The notes under the pieces: generated by a model
Told to the model about the DNA's origin: nothing
The model's database searches: none
The model's input: only the letters and a program-made list of their open reading frames with translations
Shown here: piece by piece, positions 61,801 through 64,000 of the stretch
Numbering within the stretch: the first letter of the stretch is position 1
Layout: each line of letters opens with the position of its first letter
Program-made: the position numbers and the translations under genes
DNA from: the human T2T-CHM13v2.0 reference genome, Homo sapiens
Length of the DNA: 64,000 bases
Direction: 5' to 3' (one strand)
NCBI RefSeq assembly: GCF_009914755.1
Contig: NC_060938.1

Positions 61801-63679
61801 ATCACATCACCCCTGTGCTGTGCCCAGTTATAAGTCACACTTCCTTCTGTGGGCATGCCCCAGGCAAGGAGAGGAGTCACATCATCCCGGTGCTAGACCC
61901 AGGGTTATGTCACAATCTGTCTTATGGGCAATGCTCAGGTAAGAGAGGAGAGTTGCATCAAATAGATGATGGACCCAGAGGTATGTCACGATGCCTTCTG
62001 TGAACTCGATCCAGGCAGAAGATTCACATCATCAACTTGGTGCTAAGCCCAGCAACGTGTCACAATCCCTTCTGTGTAAAGGGACCAGGCAGGAGAAGAG
62101 AATCACATTACCAGGCTGATGAGCACAGAGATATGTCACAATGCCCCTGTAAGGCAGGGCCCAGGCTGTTGGGTTACATAGCCTGAGTAGTGGACCCAGC
62201 AATATAACACAGTGTCCCATATGGGCAGTGCACAAGCCGGAGAGTCACATAACCTGGATGCGAGGCCAAGCTATATATAACAACGCTTCCTGAGGGCAGC
62301 GCCAAGGCAGAAGAGGAGACTCACATCTCCGGGTGCGAGGTCTAGCGATATGTCAAAATGCTCACTGTGGGCAGTGCCAAGGAAGGAGAATAGAGTTACA
62401 CCCTCAATGTGCTGGATCCAGCAATATGTTAATATCCCATCTGTGGGCTGGGTCCATGTGAGACCATCAAGTCACTCAGGTGCTAGGCACCGGCAAATTT
62501 CACCATGAAAGCTGCAGAATGGTCCAGGAATTAGATTAACAATCCCACAACTGTCTCAGTTGTAGGCATGACATTCAACAACTCCTGTATGTTGGGTCTA
62601 AGCTCACGAATAACCCTCTCAACACCAGACTGGATTTGTGCATGAGAGTCTCAATTCCTCTGCAGACTGACCTGTGTTCCCGTGAGAGGATGACAATAGT
62701 TACTGTTGGCTGGGTGTGCATATGAGTGTCACAATCTCACCTGTGTGCTCGGCCCAGTTAGCACGCTCTGTGTACTACCCAATGGCCCTATACACTATGC
62801 ATGAGAGTCGCAATCAACTTTGACACCTTCCTAATGGTAGGGACCCATGATCGTACTTGTAGCATTAAGCCCGGTATGAGAGTCAACATCATTACAATTA
62901 ACTAGGTCAGGATAGGAGAGTCCTCCCTTGCCTATGAGCTGAGTTTAGATGTGGGCCACCATTTCAACTCTGGTTGAATGTTTATATATGAACACGGGCC
63001 TAACACCGAGGTGATGTGAGTCTTTGGCCTAGACACTTCAAGCAGGAGGCAAAGTGACATATCTCTGGGTCTATCAACTATTTGATGTGACCTTCCTTTT
63101 TTACCTGAGCTTTCCCCATAAAAGAGATATGACATATGTCTAGACAAAGCACCTGGGTGATGTGACTCTCCTTTATTGACTGAGCCCTGTGTATTTTGGG
63201 TATTCTGACGTATCCCTGGACCTAACTTCTGGAAGATAAGAAGATCCAACATGGGCCCTGCCTAAAAAGTTTCTTGTGACAAATTTCTACATGAATCACC
63301 TTGGAGATTTGACTCTTCTCTCTTACCCGAGTTTTGCCCATAAGAGAGATTGTTACGTACCTCTGCAGCAAGCACCTAAATGCTGTGGCTCTTCTTTCTT
63401 GCCCGGGTCATGCCCACAGATGAAAGAGTGGCTTATCGCTGTGTCCAGCACACCGGTTATGTGATTATGCTGCCTGATCTCTGCTCACAGGAGCCATTGT
63501 GACATATCCCTGGGGCCAGAAACTATTTAACACGACTATCTTCAATGACCTTAACTTGGTGCCTGGGATAAGTTGTGACATATCTCTGGATCCAGCACCT
63601 AGGTGATGCGACTCTCCTTTTCTGCATGGGCTATGCTTACAAGAAGGAGGCTGACTTATTGCTGTGTTGACAAGTGATG

Positions 63680-64000
63680 TGATACCTCTGTTCTTGTCTT
63701 CTTAGTTTTTAAGAATTTAAACAAGAGACACAAGGAAAAAAAGTACAGCATAATTTATTGGAAAAGAAAATACTTGAAAGTTAAGTGCAGATTACAGTAC
63801 ACCCTGAGAGAGATACTCCAGGGCGGGCTGCTCGTAAGAGTGAGACAGCGTGGACTGTCGCTGGAGAAACCCCCTTACGGGAGTTTTACATTATTATTAA
63901 TAAGGTGGAGAGAAGAGGAGTTGCTTATAAGCATGTTCTGAGTGATATTCTGGGTGCACATACGCAGTGACTATACATGCTTGTTCATATGTTGCATGTC
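63680..64000 (-). mobile_element. ERV1-type LTR (3' end at left), running off the window
   Basis: Abrupt exit from beta-satellite at TGATACC. ttcttgtcttcttagtttttaagaatttaaacaagagacac...aatttattg (antisense AATAAA) resembles the U5/R of ERV1 LTRs. Subfamily is unknown. Confidence 0.55.

Larger units (their letters stand above)
51440..63679. repeat. Diverged beta-satellite (BSR/Beta, ~68-70 bp) with ~35-bp-unit spacer blocks and orientation switches
   Basis: At ~60461-60545, catcacctgggtgaacagtgcacagatatgtcacaatgacccc...gtctagacaagagttacatcacctgggt is close to the Sau3A 68-bp consensus. The motifs gatatgtcacaat and gagagtcacatcacct recur throughout. Confidence 0.88.

Overview
This is primate (human-like) heterochromatic DNA of pericentromeric or acrocentric-arm type. 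It contains no intact host protein-coding gene. Left to right: (1) a ~19.9 kb array of 48-bp CER satellite with a degenerate higher-order structure; (2) a short unassigned GC-rich segment; (3) an ERV1-type LTR interrupted by a minus-strand, internally deleted class III ERV (LTR66/HERVL66-like, with an env remnant), which has an LTR 3' (U5) terminus at both ends; (4) a full-length L1PA2-like LINE-1 with intact ORF1, dead ORF2 and no TSD; (5) old L1M remnants carrying a FAM104B/VCF2 retrocopy and Alus; (6) a CTBP2 retrocopy with fold-back inverted repeats at both junctions; (7) an internally deleted KRT18 retrocopy; (8) an L1PA7/8-like element cleanly split by ~12 copies of a ~220-bp GC-rich gamma-satellite-like monomer, whose best copies carry a tRNA T-arm/B-box hairpin and each of which has an oligo-T run; (9) a second copy of the same ERV with a tRNA-Ser PBS, truncated by (10) ~12 kb of diverged beta-satellite. 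The beta-satellite is organised in multi-kb macro-units with strand flips and contains a twin-primed L1 and nested inverted Alus. The most novel candidates are the B-box/T-arm satellite inserted into L1 and the U5/U5-ended provirus. Repeat subfamily names come from recalled consensus sequences and need RepeatMasker/Dfam confirmation.
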